From Opitutales bacterium (GTDB lineage: Bacteria; Verrucomicrobiota; Verrucomicrobiia; Opitutales; PNEW01): a DNA stretch of 64,000 nucleotides. A model generated the notes under the pieces. It worked only from the letters and a program-made list of their open reading frames with translations, did not search any database and was not told the origin of the DNA. How positions within the stretch are numbered: position 1 is the stretch's first letter; each line of letters opens with the position of its first letter. A program made the translations under genes and the position numbers. The stretch covers positions 1,856,001 through 1,920,000 of the forward strand of contig CBDANS010000007.1 in the NCBI GenBank assembly GCA_965197745.1. Reading direction: 5' to 3'. This document shows positions 12,047 through 23,304 of the stretch, piece by piece.

Positions 12047-13081
12047 TTGCCAGTTGCCACGCCAAACCAGTACGCTAAGATTCTTGATGCAGCTCAAGAG
12101 GAAGGATACGCTTATCCAGCCATAAATTGTACATCCCTGATCAGCATAAATGCAGCTTTAAAAGGGTTCTCGGATGCCAAATCGGATGGATTAATCCAAT
12201 TCTCCACGGGTGCAGGTCAGTTTGCTTCGGGCTTGAATCTTAAAGATTCGGTTCACGGTGTCATTGTCCTCGCAGAGGCCGTACATAAGTTAGCGGAAAA
12301 ACATAATATTCTGGTCGCTTTGCATACGGACCATTGCCAACCGGATAAAGCGGAGGGATTTCTTAAGCCTCTTATTGAGGTCACAGCGGAACGTCGCAAA
12401 AACGGACTTAATAATCTATTACAAAGTCATATGCTGGATGCCTCAGCACTGCCCCTTGAAGATAACATGGCTATTTCCAGGGAATACCTGAAACGCTGCG
12501 CGGAAAATGAAATCATACTCGAAGTCGAAGCGGGTGTGGTTGGAGGTGAAGAAGACGGAGCATCCGGCAGTAAAGATACACCCGATGAGAAATTATATAC
12601 AACACCCGAAGACATGCTATACGTCCACGAAGCTTTAGACGGAATCGGACGCTACATGTTCGCCGCGACATTTGGTAATGTTCATGGACATTATAAACCC
12701 GGAGCTGTAAAGCTGAGTCCTGATATACTTAAGAAAGGACAGGAAGCGGTCATTAAAAAATACGGTGAAGCATCTGAATTCGATCTGGTTTTTCATGGTG
12801 GATCAGGTTCCCCTCTTGAGCAAATCCGAGAGACACTTGATTACGGTGTGATTAAAATGAATATTGACACTGACACTCAATACACTTTTACGCGTGCTAT
12901 TGCCGATCACATGTTCAAGCACTATGATGGTGTCATCATGGCCGATGGTGAAATAGGCGATAAAAAATATTATGACACACGCTCCTACTTAAAAAAGGCT
13001 GAAGAGGCCATGTCACAGCGAGTGTCACAAGGGTGTAGTGATTTACGCTCAAAGGGGAAAAGCCTTTTCGGCAAAGTATAA
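12047..13081 (+). CDS. fbaA: Class II fructose-bisphosphate aldolase
   Basis: HTDHC, GGEEDG, FGNVHG, VFHGGSG, KMNIDTD; AGGAG Shine-Dalgarno before a TTG start. Confidence 0.95.
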   Translation: MPVATPNQYAKILDAAQEEGYAYPAINCTSLISINAALKGFSDAKSDGLIQFSTGAGQFASGLNLKDSVHGVIVLAEAVHKLAEKHNILVALHTDHCQPDKAEGFLKPLIEVTAERRKNGLNNLLQSHMLDASALPLEDNMAISREYLKRCAENEIILEVEAGVVGGEEDGASGSKDTPDEKLYTTPEDMLYVHEALDGIGRYMFAATFGNVHGHYKPGAVKLSPDILKKGQEAVIKKYGEASEFDLVFHGGSGSPLEQIRETLDYGVIKMNIDTDTQYTFTRAIADHMFKHYDGVIMADGEIGDKKYYDTRSYLKKAEEAMSQRVSQGCSDLRSKGKSLFGKV

Positions 13082-13126
13082 AAAGCGAGAAATCGCTAAA
13101 CTGGTATTGTCATAAATCCAACACCT

Positions 13127-13954
13127 TCAAGGTAACCAGGGATATTTGCGAAAATCCGGTTTTTCCTTATTGAGATACGCTCGATGCCCTTCGTTCCCTT
13201 CCTCCGATAAATAGTAGAGTAAAGTGGCATTTCCCGCAAGTTCCTGTAGCCCCGCCTGGCCATCACAATCAGCGTTAAAAGCTGCTTTGAGGCAGCGTAT
13301 GGCAAGAGGGCTTTTTTCCAGAATTTCACGGGCCCACTGCACGCCTTCTACCTCAAGTTTTTCGAGGGCAACCACTTTATTCACTAATCCCATGGCCAGG
13401 GCTTCTTCGGCACTGTATTGGTGGCATAAATACCAGATTTCGCGCGCTTTCTTCTGGCCGACAATACGTGCCAGATAGCTTGAGCCGAAACCACCGTCAA
13501 AACTACCAACAACCGGTCCACTTTGTCCGAAGATTGCATTATCAGCAGCGATAGTCAGATCGCACACTACTTGTAAGACCTGTCCCCCTCCGATGGCATA
13601 ACCTGCAACAAGGGCGATGACGACTTTTGGCATAGTTCGTATTAACCTTTGTAAATCCAGCACATTCAAGCGAGGTTCACCCCCCTCGGTAAGATAACCC
13701 GCTTTGCCTCGGATACTCTGATCGCCTCCCGAAGAAAAAGCGTATTTACCGTCGGTATGGGGTCCTGCTCCCGTCAGAAGAATAACCCCGATACGACTGT
13801 CTTCTCGAGCATTGGAAAAGGCATCGATCATTTCGGTAACCGTTTTCGGACGAAAGGCGTTACGCTTTTCCGGTCGGTTGATTGTAACACGGGCAATACC
13901 ATCTGTTTTTTCGTAGATGATATCTTCGTATTCCCGTACTTTATCCCATGCCAT
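13127..13954 (-). CDS. menB: 1,4-dihydroxy-2-naphthoyl-CoA synthase
   Basis: [34 protein letters not shown]. Confidence 0.95.
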   Translation of the reverse strand: MAWDKVREYEDIIYEKTDGIARVTINRPEKRNAFRPKTVTEMIDAFSNAREDSRIGVILLTGAGPHTDGKYAFSSGGDQSIRGKAGYLTEGGEPRLNVLDLQRLIRTMPKVVIALVAGYAIGGGQVLQVVCDLTIAADNAIFGQSGPVVGSFDGGFGSSYLARIVGQKKAREIWYLCHQYSAEEALAMGLVNKVVALEKLEVEGVQWAREILEKSPLAIRCLKAAFNADCDGQAGLQELAGNATLLYYLSEEGNEGHRAYLNKEKPDFRKYPWLP

Positions 13955-13978
13955 TTTCAATGATACGATTATCGTAAT

Positions 13979-15778
13979 TCACAATTTGATCTGTTTCGCT
14001 ACAATTTCGCTTAATTCACTCAGGTATCGCGTATCTTTTTTCCGATTGGTAATGACTTCTAAAATTCGTAATCCCGAGGATGGTAATTTTCTTAACTTAT
14101 CCCTTAATTGATCAAGGTTTTTAACTCTGAAATGTGAGACCTTATAAACCTCAGCTAATTTTTTGAAGTTTATATCCTGCGGGGTTGCAAAATACTCTTC
14201 GAAGGGCGGGTTAAACTTTGCAATCGGCAATTGTTCAAATATGCCACCTCCGCTGTTATTTATTAATACTATGGTTAAATGACCCTTAAATTGTGAATTA
14301 GTGAGAAATCCATTGGTATCATGGAGAAGAGCAAGATCTCCGGTTAAAAGGACCGCTTTCTTATTAGCGTGAGCAATACCCAACGCCGTTGAAAGAGTAC
14401 CGTCTATACCATTCGCTCCCCGGTTGAAAAAAGGTTGAACCTGACGATTGTTCGCAGTCCAAAAATACTCCACGTCGCGCACCGGCATGCTGTTCGCGAT
14501 AAAAAGCGGTGTCCCCCGGGGCATTATTTTTGACATCACCCAGGCTATTTTCCCTTCAAAAGGAAATTTACACTTTTTTAATTCTTTGTTTAATATACGT
14601 GAAATTTTTTTCTCCGCAGCAATCCAGTTGTTACAGAATCCCGTGGACCGTGGAGAGCGATCCTGCAGGGTTTGCGCCAATGCAGCTACCGACATGCGCA
14701 GCGGTGTCGCATCTCTATGGAGAGCGTCAACATTATCATAACTTTGATCAAGGACCCATGTCCTTGCATTAAATTTCTCCAACCACGATCGCAATATTTT
14801 ACTCGAGGGCAATGGTCCAATACTTAGAACGGTACTGGGTCGAAGCCCATGTCTTAAATCAGGATGAGATAATGTATAATGGTAGTGAGTAATTAGATAA
14901 GGATTTGAATTTGCATAATTACGCAATGGAGATAATCCATCGGCGAGAGTTGGCCACCCCAACCGCTTTGCGATTATACCTATATCAGACGAAAATTTTT
15001 CCGGATTTTCGGGTTGATTGGGACCAACAATTATTAAGCCCTGACGAAACGATTCCATTTTCTCCGAAATCCCATTTTCCAGTGTAGGATTAATCGTCAT
15101 TTTGCTATCGCACAAAGGCTCAATATTATTAATCAGAGACAAAAGATCCAGTTCATGGGGAAATGCCAGAGGCCCCTCTTCTTCTATTGGGGCTAGCGGT
15201 TCGCGAAAGGGGAAATTTAAATGGACCGGACCTGGTGTCGGAAATCGGCAGCGTTCCCAGCAATGAACGAGGGTTTGACGCAAATATTTTAACCTGGCTG
15301 TTTCGAGAGAGGGTGTGGAGAGTTCTATCTGTATATTAGGATACGTGCCAAATATTTTTTGCTGATCGATGCTTTGTCCGGAATGACAGTGGCGCAATTC
15401 CGGTGGCCGATCAGCAGTCATCACAATAAGCGGTATTTGCGATTCGCGCGCTTCAATAATAGCAGGATAAAAATTAGCTGCGGCAGTTCCTGAAGTACAA
15501 ACCACGGCAACGGGTCGATGTATTTTTCGGGCCAGACCAAGAGCAAAAAAGGAGGCCGATCGCTCATCAAGGACAGGTAGGGTTTCAATATCACGATGAC
15601 GAGAGAAAGCAAAAGTCAAAGGGGCTGAGCGCGAACCTGGAGCGATAACGGCATGGCGTAAACCAAGGCGGGCTAGGACCTCCACGCACAATGCGCCCCA
15701 AATCGAATTCGTATTCGCATAACTAAACTGATCAAAAATAATTTTATTTGAAATCTTACCGCTGTCTTGAATAGCCAT
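13979..15778 (-). CDS. menD: SEPHCHC synthase
   Basis: PGSRSAPL, DERSASF, TADRP, NRGANGIDG, GDLALLHD. Confidence 0.95.
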   Translation of the reverse strand: MAIQDSGKISNKIIFDQFSYANTNSIWGALCVEVLARLGLRHAVIAPGSRSAPLTFAFSRHRDIETLPVLDERSASFFALGLARKIHRPVAVVCTSGTAAANFYPAIIEARESQIPLIVMTADRPPELRHCHSGQSIDQQKIFGTYPNIQIELSTPSLETARLKYLRQTLVHCWERCRFPTPGPVHLNFPFREPLAPIEEEGPLAFPHELDLLSLINNIEPLCDSKMTINPTLENGISEKMESFRQGLIIVGPNQPENPEKFSSDIGIIAKRLGWPTLADGLSPLRNYANSNPYLITHYHYTLSHPDLRHGLRPSTVLSIGPLPSSKILRSWLEKFNARTWVLDQSYDNVDALHRDATPLRMSVAALAQTLQDRSPRSTGFCNNWIAAEKKISRILNKELKKCKFPFEGKIAWVMSKIMPRGTPLFIANSMPVRDVEYFWTANNRQVQPFFNRGANGIDGTLSTALGIAHANKKAVLLTGDLALLHDTNGFLTNSQFKGHLTIVLINNSGGGIFEQLPIAKFNPPFEEYFATPQDINFKKLAEVYKVSHFRVKNLDQLRDKLRKLPSSGLRILEVITNRKKDTRYLSELSEIVAKQIKL

Positions 15779-15808
15779 ACCTTCAATATGATGGAGAGGG
15801 TCTAATAA

Positions 15809-17391
15809 TTAAATGATAGTATCAAGAAGGGCTTGAAGTTTTAAATCGGTCTCTTTTTTCTCCAAAGCGGGATCCGATCCCTCGACAATACCATTTCCTG
15901 CGTATAATCTGGCATGGGAACCATTAATAAGTGCGGAGCGTATTGCTACTACCATTTCGCCATCTCCCCTGGCATTAAACCAACCTACAACACCGGCATA
16001 GAGACCCCGTTCGAAGGCCTCGAGGCCTTTGATCTCCTCGATAACCTTGTCACGTGGTGTTCCCCCTACAGCTGGGGTAGGATGTAAAATGCCCAGAATA
16101 TCCATAAAATGGCGGTCCCCTGGAATTTCACTGTATATGGGCGAGCGACACCGGCATAGAGACCCCGTTCGAAGGCCTCGAGGCCTTTGATCTCCTCGAT
16201 AACCTTGTCACGTGGTGTTCCCCCTACAGCTGGGGTAGGATGTAAAATGCCCAGAATATCCATAAAATGGCGGTCCCCTGGAATTTCACTGTATATGGGC
16301 GAGCGAAGGTGCTGAACATTAGATAGTTGAAGAAGAACCGGTAATGCGGCTGCCTGGGCTTCGATCCCTATCTCCTGAAGGCGCCGGGTTATAGCGTCAA
16401 TGACCAGTCGATGTTCACGCAAGTCTTTGTCGCTGTTCAGCAGGGCTCGCGCGTAGACAGCATCATCACTGGCTGAACTACCTCGAGGGGCCGAACCGGC
16501 AATTGCTTCCATCTTTAACTCACGCCCCTCAATTTTTAAAAGCCGTTCTGGAGACGCTCCGATAAAACTCTGTCGTTTACCATTGGCTATTGAAAACGAG
16601 TAACATCCAGGATAGATACTGCGAAGCTTATTAAGCGAACCCAATGGATCGAAAGGGGTATTTTTATTTAAATCCAAAGCACGGGCTAAGACAATTTTTT
16701 CATATCGGCTTTCCGCTATTTTACCGAGTGCGGTGCGTACCGATTCTTCATAATAATTTACACCGCCCACTTCCCCGATTTCAGGCACGGCATCGGCTTC
16801 GGATTCTGGCTCAATTTTATCGCTGCCATAGCTGAATGAAGAGAATCTCTGATGTGCCTTCCAAACCTTGTTTGTCAATACCTCCAGATCTGTATCTTCA
16901 TTAACAAAAACATTGGCTACAGCCCCATAGGTTCCGCCACACCGTGAAACTTGCCAGCGAGGAACAAATACTGTGGCAGGTGGAAAATACTCCACTGATT
17001 CAGGTTCATTATAGAAAGTGAAGGCACAAAAAAAATGAAGCCCACTGAACGGGATATTGAGATCACCGGTTACGATAGCGTTATCAAGGATTGATTTACT
17101 AAACCTCTTTACTTCTTTGAATCTATCAGGACCCTCAAAACTGGCAGAGACAATAGCTTCCGCTCCCGCAACAGCCTCGTCCAAGGCCCGGTTCTCCATA
17201 TAAAAGTGGAGCTCATACTCTTCATAAATCGATTCTAAAACTGCCAGTGGATCGATATGCTTAACCTCGATTGAAATACTCGCTATTTTAAAATGATCGT
17301 CCTTCGCCGCTTCTTCTTTGCAGTTTTGAAGAAAAGAAAATAATGCCTCTCGATTGCGAGAGCTTACAGGTGGTGGAGCAACAACATTCAC
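15809..17391 (-). pseudogene. menF: Isochorismate synthase, frameshifted by a 158-bp tandem duplication
   Basis: KIVLAR, GASPERL, HPTPAVGG (twice), VAIRSA, YAGNGIV; split into ORFs 16066-17391 and 15809-16105. Confidence 0.85.
15991..16306. repeat. Exact 158-bp tandem duplication (15991-16148 / 16149-16306)
   Basis: Both copies run CACCGGCATAGAGACC...GGGCGAGCGA. Confidence 0.95.
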
Positions 17392-17435
17392 GAGTTCGAT
17401 TACTTCAATTTTAAATATGAAGGTATTGCCAATAT

Positions 17436-18965
17436 TTATGGTGAACGGGGGAAGAGTATCGTTTTTTCACCAAAAGTATTGCCCTCAAGTCTTGATGACC
17501 ACTTCAGTTCCAGATCCCATGTAGCAATTTCAGGTAGCCCTAAAAGCCCATAAATTTTCGCCGAGACATCAGGGGTCACGGGGGCCAGGGCTGCCGCGGC
17601 CAGTCGCACGCTTTCAGCCATCGTGGCAAGTGTGGATTCCAGTTTTTTGCGATCACCGGGAGCATCGGACTTGGCCAGTGCCCAGGGCGCACGGATCTCT
17701 GTGTAACGATTTATCGCTCTGATAAAATTAAACGTTCTATCGAGTGCACTGTGAAACTGCAATTCCTCAAACCCCTGAATTATCTCATCGCCCGTTTTTT
17801 GCCAAAGGGTATGAAGCTCCTTTTCGGGTTCTTCCTTGACGCAAACTGCGGGGATACGACTCTCACAATAACGCGCCCCCATGTTTAAGAGACGGCTTAC
17901 AAGATTTCCGAGATCGTTGGCAAGGTCACTATTGTAACGAGTTACAAAGTGCTCATGAGAGAAATCACTATCCTGCCCCACGTTCATTTCACGGGTAACG
18001 AAATAGCGAAATGCATCGGGTCCATATTCTTCAATGAGTGAAAGGGGATCAATAATCTCACCTGCGCTTTTTGACATTTTTCTCCCAGAAAAATTCCAAA
18101 AGCCATGAACGACGAGTGCTTGGGGGAGCTCAATTCCACAAGCATGAAGCATAATGGGCCAATAAATAGCATGCGCAGGCAGTATTACATCCTTGCCAAT
18201 AACATGCATGTTTACTGGCCAATATTCATTAAAATGATCCGTGTCGTATTTTACGGCTGTAATGTAATTAATTAGGGCATCGAACCACACATAGGTGACA
18301 AAACCAGAGTCAAAGGGTAATGGTATACCCCAGGAAAGCCGATCAACGGGACGGGATATGCACAGATCATTGAGCGGGTCTTTGAGGAATTCAAGAACCT
18401 GCTTTTGGCGGAACTGCGGAAAAATGAAATCATCATGACTCTCAATAAATTCGATTAGCCAATCCTGATACTGGCTCAATTTGAAGAAATAATTAGTCTC
18501 ACCAATTTTCGTAATTTCACCAAATTCTTCGGGCCAGGATCCATTTTCATCGCGCTCTTTTTCCTGAAGAAACTGTTCCTGTTTCACGCTATAGTATCCT
18601 TTATAATCGGCTTTGTATATTTCTTCTTTGTCAAAAAGTTTCTGGAGAATAGATTGAACAACTTTTTTGTGGCGGTCTTCCGTGGTTCGAATATAATCGC
18701 TATTAGAGATGAGGAGTTGCGTGCAGAGGTGATTAAATTGCGCGGCTATGTCATCACACAACTCAATAGGCTTCACCCCCAGTTTATTGGCACTTTGCTG
18801 AACTTTTTGCCCATGTTCATCAAGCCCGGTTAAAAAATGAACTTCATCCCCAATAACTCGACGATAGCGGGCGATTACATCAGCCAATGTCTTTTCATAG
18901 GCATGCCCAAGGTGAGGTGCCCCATTCGCGTAATCTATAGCCGTGGTGATATAAAACTTTTTCAT
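17436..18965 (-). CDS. metG: Methionyl-tRNA synthetase (short form)
   Basis: YITTAIDY, HLGH, YVWFDAL, KMSKS. Confidence 0.95.
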   Translation of the reverse strand: MKKFYITTAIDYANGAPHLGHAYEKTLADVIARYRRVIGDEVHFLTGLDEHGQKVQQSANKLGVKPIELCDDIAAQFNHLCTQLLISNSDYIRTTEDRHKKVVQSILQKLFDKEEIYKADYKGYYSVKQEQFLQEKERDENGSWPEEFGEITKIGETNYFFKLSQYQDWLIEFIESHDDFIFPQFRQKQVLEFLKDPLNDLCISRPVDRLSWGIPLPFDSGFVTYVWFDALINYITAVKYDTDHFNEYWPVNMHVIGKDVILPAHAIYWPIMLHACGIELPQALVVHGFWNFSGRKMSKSAGEIIDPLSLIEEYGPDAFRYFVTREMNVGQDSDFSHEHFVTRYNSDLANDLGNLVSRLLNMGARYCESRIPAVCVKEEPEKELHTLWQKTGDEIIQGFEELQFHSALDRTFNFIRAINRYTEIRAPWALAKSDAPGDRKKLESTLATMAESVRLAAAALAPVTPDVSAKIYGLLGLPEIATWDLELKWSSRLEGNTFGEKTILFPRSP

Positions 18966-19383
18966 CCTTTTACCCTTTGATAAGGTCGGTTGCTACTGTT
19001 GATAAAAATATTAGGGAGCGCAAGTTTTCCCATGGCCCTACTTGCGGCTTTAAAGTTTAAGCACTGTTGGGAATCTTCTCCAACAATGAGATCATTTAAA
19101 TTGATCTAACAATGTTTTTAAAAGGGAAACAGAGAATGGCATTTCTCTCATCTGGTGTCTCAGAACGATTTCCCGACCTACCGTCAATCAAAATGCCTCA
19201 ACGCAGAGTTAAATTATGATGCGACTGATAAAGTAAATAAGAAAATAGGGGCAACATTATGCCATTTATATTGTCTTAATATAATAAGCAGAATTACAGG
19301 ATCTAAGTTATTGATGGCGGGTTTAAGACTTACAGAACGGCATCATTTAAACTGGATAGAGAAAAGCGTGCATCTTGAATAGA

Positions 19384-19412
19384 TTGACATTAGTTATACA
19401 ATCAATAATAAT
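19384..19412 (+). promoter_or_regulatory. Putative sigma70 promoter for the oxidoreductase operon
   Basis: TTGACA-17 nt-AATAAT. Confidence 0.45.
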
Positions 19413-19423
19413 TAAATTAACTA

Positions 19424-21271
19424 ATGCCTGATCGTTCTCCAAGAGAATCCTCGCGCGATAAAAGAACATCAAATCTGCGCAAAGAAACGATAAATGACGC
19501 GGTTATCAGGTTAGCTGGCAATTCACAGGATGGAATACAATCAGTGGGTGGTTTCCTGGCACGATTGGCGGGGAGGAATGCACAGGATGTTATGACTTAC
19601 ATGACCATCCCCTCGACGATATCAGGTGGACCATCGATTTATCAGGTGAGGATAGGGTCTGGAGAAATTCTTTCAGCCGGCGATGAAGCTGATTTTCTCG
19701 TCGCATTTTATCAACATAGTTATGAAGAGCATATTGAGTATCTGCGCGAAGGTGGTGTTCTAATATACGACACTGAGCACGTTAAACCGGATATATCAGA
19801 TAAACGCTTTGTTCCTGTCGGTATACCTATCACCGGCCTCACTATTGAAGCAGTAGGTGGCACATCGAAAGACAAGGGCAAAAATATATTTATTCTGGGG
19901 CTACTCGCCAATATTTTTACACTCGATGTCGAAAAACTACACGGACTGATAACAGAAAGAATAGGCGGTAAGGGGAAAAAAATACTGCGCAATGCACTGC
20001 TTGCATTTGACTCCGGTTATGCTTATCCCGTCGACAATGTTCTCGACCGTTATTATACTTTTATACCAGCCGAGAATGATAACAATAACTCACAGGTCAC
20101 GATGGATGGCAATCAAGCGCTCGCCTATGGACTGATAGCAGCAGGTGTTCGATATGGCGCGGGATACCCCATTACACCCTGGTCACCGGTAATGGAAACA
20201 TTGCGCTCAGAACTTCCAAAATATGGAGGAACTTTTGTCCAGGCCGAGGATGAAATTGCGGCTATTTCCATAGCGCTGGGTTTTTCTTACAGTGGTCACC
20301 TTGCAGTCACCGGTAGTTCCGGCCCCGGAATTTCACTCAAAATGGAAGGACTCGGTTGGGCGGTTATGGCGGAAATGCCCCTTATTGTCGTCAATATTCA
20401 ACGGGGAGGTCCTAGCACGGGGCTACCAACCAACGTCGAGCAAAGTGACCTCATGCAAGCCATCTATGGAAGTCATGGAGATACACCACGCGTGGTGATA
20501 GCACCGCGCGATGTTGAAGATTGTTTTTACACCGCCCTGGAAGCCGCGAAAATTGCCAGTGAATACAGTACCCCGGTAATAATTCTTTCTGATCTCGCTT
20601 TAGCGACAAGAATCGAAGCATTTGATGATCCTCATTTAGAAGACCTTGTTATTGAGCCCAAACTCGATCTCTCCCCTCATTCCGGTGAGTACCATCCCTA
20701 CGCTATAAATCGTATAACCAGGCATATTGTGCCCGGCACCCGTATTGAAGAAGGAAGCTATCCGGTAGTAACCGGCCTCGAGCATGACGAATCGGGTCAC
20801 CCCACAGCCAACCCACAATTGCATATGAAAATGACGGCTAAGCGTCGTGAAAAAATAAAACGTCTTGCCGCAACACTACCCCAACCTGAAGTATTTGGCG
20901 ATGAATCCGGCGATATCCTCTTCGTCGGTTGGGGTTCTACCTGGGGGCCTATTCACGAAGCAACAGTAGAAGCACGCGAACAGGGTGAAAAAACAGGCCA
21001 TATACATCTGAGGCATCTTCACCCTTTACCCAATAACCTGGAAATCATCTTCAGCCGGTATCGTCAGATATTCATTGTAGAATCTAACGATGTCGGACTC
21101 TACGGCTACGGCCAGTTGGCAAGCCTGTTACGCGCCCGTTATTGTAATCCGGCAATACGGAGTATATCCAAGACTGATGGCCTTATCTTTAAAGTTCGCG
21201 AAATACTCAGGGGGAAAAATGAATTACGCAGTGAACAAGCGGCTTCTTTCTCATCATTCCCCGAATATTAG
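19424..21271 (+). CDS. 2-oxoacid:ferredoxin oxidoreductase alpha (fused gamma-alpha) subunit
   Basis: GYPITP, QAEDEIAA, QRGGPSTGLPT, GWGSTWG. Confidence 0.92.
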   Translation: MPDRSPRESSRDKRTSNLRKETINDAVIRLAGNSQDGIQSVGGFLARLAGRNAQDVMTYMTIPSTISGGPSIYQVRIGSGEILSAGDEADFLVAFYQHSYEEHIEYLREGGVLIYDTEHVKPDISDKRFVPVGIPITGLTIEAVGGTSKDKGKNIFILGLLANIFTLDVEKLHGLITERIGGKGKKILRNALLAFDSGYAYPVDNVLDRYYTFIPAENDNNNSQVTMDGNQALAYGLIAAGVRYGAGYPITPWSPVMETLRSELPKYGGTFVQAEDEIAAISIALGFSYSGHLAVTGSSGPGISLKMEGLGWAVMAEMPLIVVNIQRGGPSTGLPTNVEQSDLMQAIYGSHGDTPRVVIAPRDVEDCFYTALEAAKIASEYSTPVIILSDLALATRIEAFDDPHLEDLVIEPKLDLSPHSGEYHPYAINRITRHIVPGTRIEEGSYPVVTGLEHDESGHPTANPQLHMKMTAKRREKIKRLAATLPQPEVFGDESGDILFVGWGSTWGPIHEATVEAREQGEKTGHIHLRHLHPLPNNLEIIFSRYRQIFIVESNDVGLYGYGQLASLLRARYCNPAIRSISKTDGLIFKVREILRGKNELRSEQAASFSSFPEY

Positions 21272-21277
21272 CATTAT

Positions 21278-22237
21278 TTGATCTCTAAAATACCGTGCAA
21301 ATCTATGATTGAAAAAAATCCAAGTAAAGCTTCGCCGGAAAAACTAACGAAACGTGCACTGCAATCAGACCACCCCACGTGGTGCCCCGGATGTGGAGAT
21401 TTCGCGGTATTAGCCGCTTTTTACAAAGTGTTAGAGAAACTTCAGCTTCCTCATGAAAATATTGTTACGCTTGCCGGTATCGGTTGTTCATCGCGGTTCC
21501 CCTATTTTGTAAACACCCACGGAGGCCATTACATTCACGGCCGTGCCGTTCCATTTGCCACCGGGGTCAGTCTCGGTCGATCTGACCTGCATATTTTTGT
21601 TTTTGGGGGAGACGGAGATGGATTTTCCATGGGGGGTAATCACCTCGATCACGCTGCGCGTAAAAACATTAATATGACCTATATAATTATGGATAATTTT
21701 GTTTACGGATTGACGAAAAAACAAACCTCCCCGACTTCCCCTCTCGGTTTCAAATCTACGACAGATCCATTTGGCTCTTTTGATGCTCCCATCAATCCAA
21801 TGAAAAAGTTGGTGTCCAGCGGTGCCACTTTCATCGCCCGCTCCCACGCAACTCAAGTGAAACACATGATGGAAATGTATGAACGTTCAATCGCCCACAA
21901 TGGATTTTCTGTTATCGAAATTCTCTCCGAATGCACCGAATTTTTTCCCGGTGCATTTGATGCTGGGATACCCCGCAAAGGAGGTGAATTCAAGTTGATA
22001 GATGAAAAAAAACATGACGGAACACCGCAAGATGAAGAGCGACATGAGTTGACGGATGAGAATGCCGCTTATCGATTGGCAGACATAGAATGGCCGGGTG
22101 TATTTGGCGTATTTTACGAATGCAAACGCTCGACGAAAAATGAAATGGAAAATACGCTTGTCGTAAAAAGTCGCCAGAAAACAGGTGATGTCAGCGCGCT
22201 AGAACTTCTCCGATCGACTTTTAAGCGTATGAAATAA
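21278..22237 (+). CDS. 2-oxoacid:ferredoxin oxidoreductase beta subunit
   Basis: WCPGCGD, GIGCSSR, GGDGD, DNFVYGLTK. Confidence 0.92.
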   Translation: MISKIPCKSMIEKNPSKASPEKLTKRALQSDHPTWCPGCGDFAVLAAFYKVLEKLQLPHENIVTLAGIGCSSRFPYFVNTHGGHYIHGRAVPFATGVSLGRSDLHIFVFGGDGDGFSMGGNHLDHAARKNINMTYIIMDNFVYGLTKKQTSPTSPLGFKSTTDPFGSFDAPINPMKKLVSSGATFIARSHATQVKHMMEMYERSIAHNGFSVIEILSECTEFFPGAFDAGIPRKGGEFKLIDEKKHDGTPQDEERHELTDENAAYRLADIEWPGVFGVFYECKRSTKNEMENTLVVKSRQKTGDVSALELLRSTFKRMK

Positions 22238-22305
22238 AATACGTTGACTTGCTGTATTCATTTATTATTCGAATATTTCTTTCGAATAATAATACCCTAA
22301 AAGTT

Positions 22306-23304
22306 ATGGCAGGAAAAATTAATACGATCATTGTAGGTACCGGTGGAATGGCCGGCCATCACTTAAAAAAGATGCTTGATCTGAGTCGGACAACCAAGAT
22401 CCAGGCATTTGTGGAGATCAGCGAAGCATCTCGGGAAAAGACCCGGACGATTTATGATGAACGCGGACTTAAGTGTCCCGCCTTTTATAATTCGATACAA
22501 TCGCTCTTGAAAAATGAGCCTAAACCACGTGCGGCTTTTATTGTCACCCCACACAAATTTCACCTTGAAAACACCCGCGACTGCCTTAATGCCGGAATGG
22601 ATGTGCTGCTTGAAAAACCCATGGTGATGAATACCAGTGAAGCAAAACGCCTTATTCAAGTACGCAATAAGACTGGCCGAATATTGGTTGTAGCATTTCC
22701 CGGAAGCCTATCACCCGCAGTGAAAAAAGCAAAGAAGATGCTTAAACAAGGAATTATCGGGGAAGTCAGAGGTGTCAGCGCTTATGTCCACCAAAGGTGG
22801 AAAAGTGCAACCATCGGGACTTGGCGCCAAAAGCCAGAAATTTCCGGTGGCGGATTCTTATTTGATACGGGTTCTCACATGATCAATACGATGGTTGATT
22901 TAATGAATGAACCGATCAGCGAAGTAACGGCTGTATTGGATAATTGCGGTGCTCCGGTTGAAATAAACAGTGCCATCATTGGCCGTTTTCGGAGTGGACA
23001 GTTTTTTTCATTATCAGGGATTGGAGATTCCATAAACTGTTTCGGAGCGATTCGAATTATTGGCACTAAGGGCATTCTTGTAACAGGTATATGGGGCGAA
23101 TATTTGAAGCTGTTAAAACAAGGCAAAAGTGAATACGCCCCCGTGCCCTACCCCAACTCGACCGGTGTTTGGCAGCAGTTTGTCCAGGTTCTACATGGAA
23201 AAATCGAAAATCCCTGCCCGCCTGAAGTAGGTCTGCGGTTTTCGCAACTCATGGATATGATTCGAAAGAGCGCTGAAACCGGTAAAAGGACTGTCCGTAA
23301 TTAA
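22306..23304 (+). CDS. Gfo/Idh/MocA oxidoreductase
   Basis: VGTGGMA, LLEKPM, GGGFLFDTGSH. Confidence 0.88.
   Translation: MAGKINTIIVGTGGMAGHHLKKMLDLSRTTKIQAFVEISEASREKTRTIYDERGLKCPAFYNSIQSLLKNEPKPRAAFIVTPHKFHLENTRDCLNAGMDVLLEKPMVMNTSEAKRLIQVRNKTGRILVVAFPGSLSPAVKKAKKMLKQGIIGEVRGVSAYVHQRWKSATIGTWRQKPEISGGGFLFDTGSHMINTMVDLMNEPISEVTAVLDNCGAPVEINSAIIGRFRSGQFFSLSGIGDSINCFGAIRIIGTKGILVTGIWGEYLKLLKQGKSEYAPVPYPNSTGVWQQFVQVLHGKIENPCPPEVGLRFSQLMDMIRKSAETGKRTVRN

Noticed and set aside
19155..19382. Short intergenic ORF, and the many antisense or overlapping ORFs in the track
   Set aside because: No motifs or RBS; they shadow well-supported genes or lie in promoter regions.
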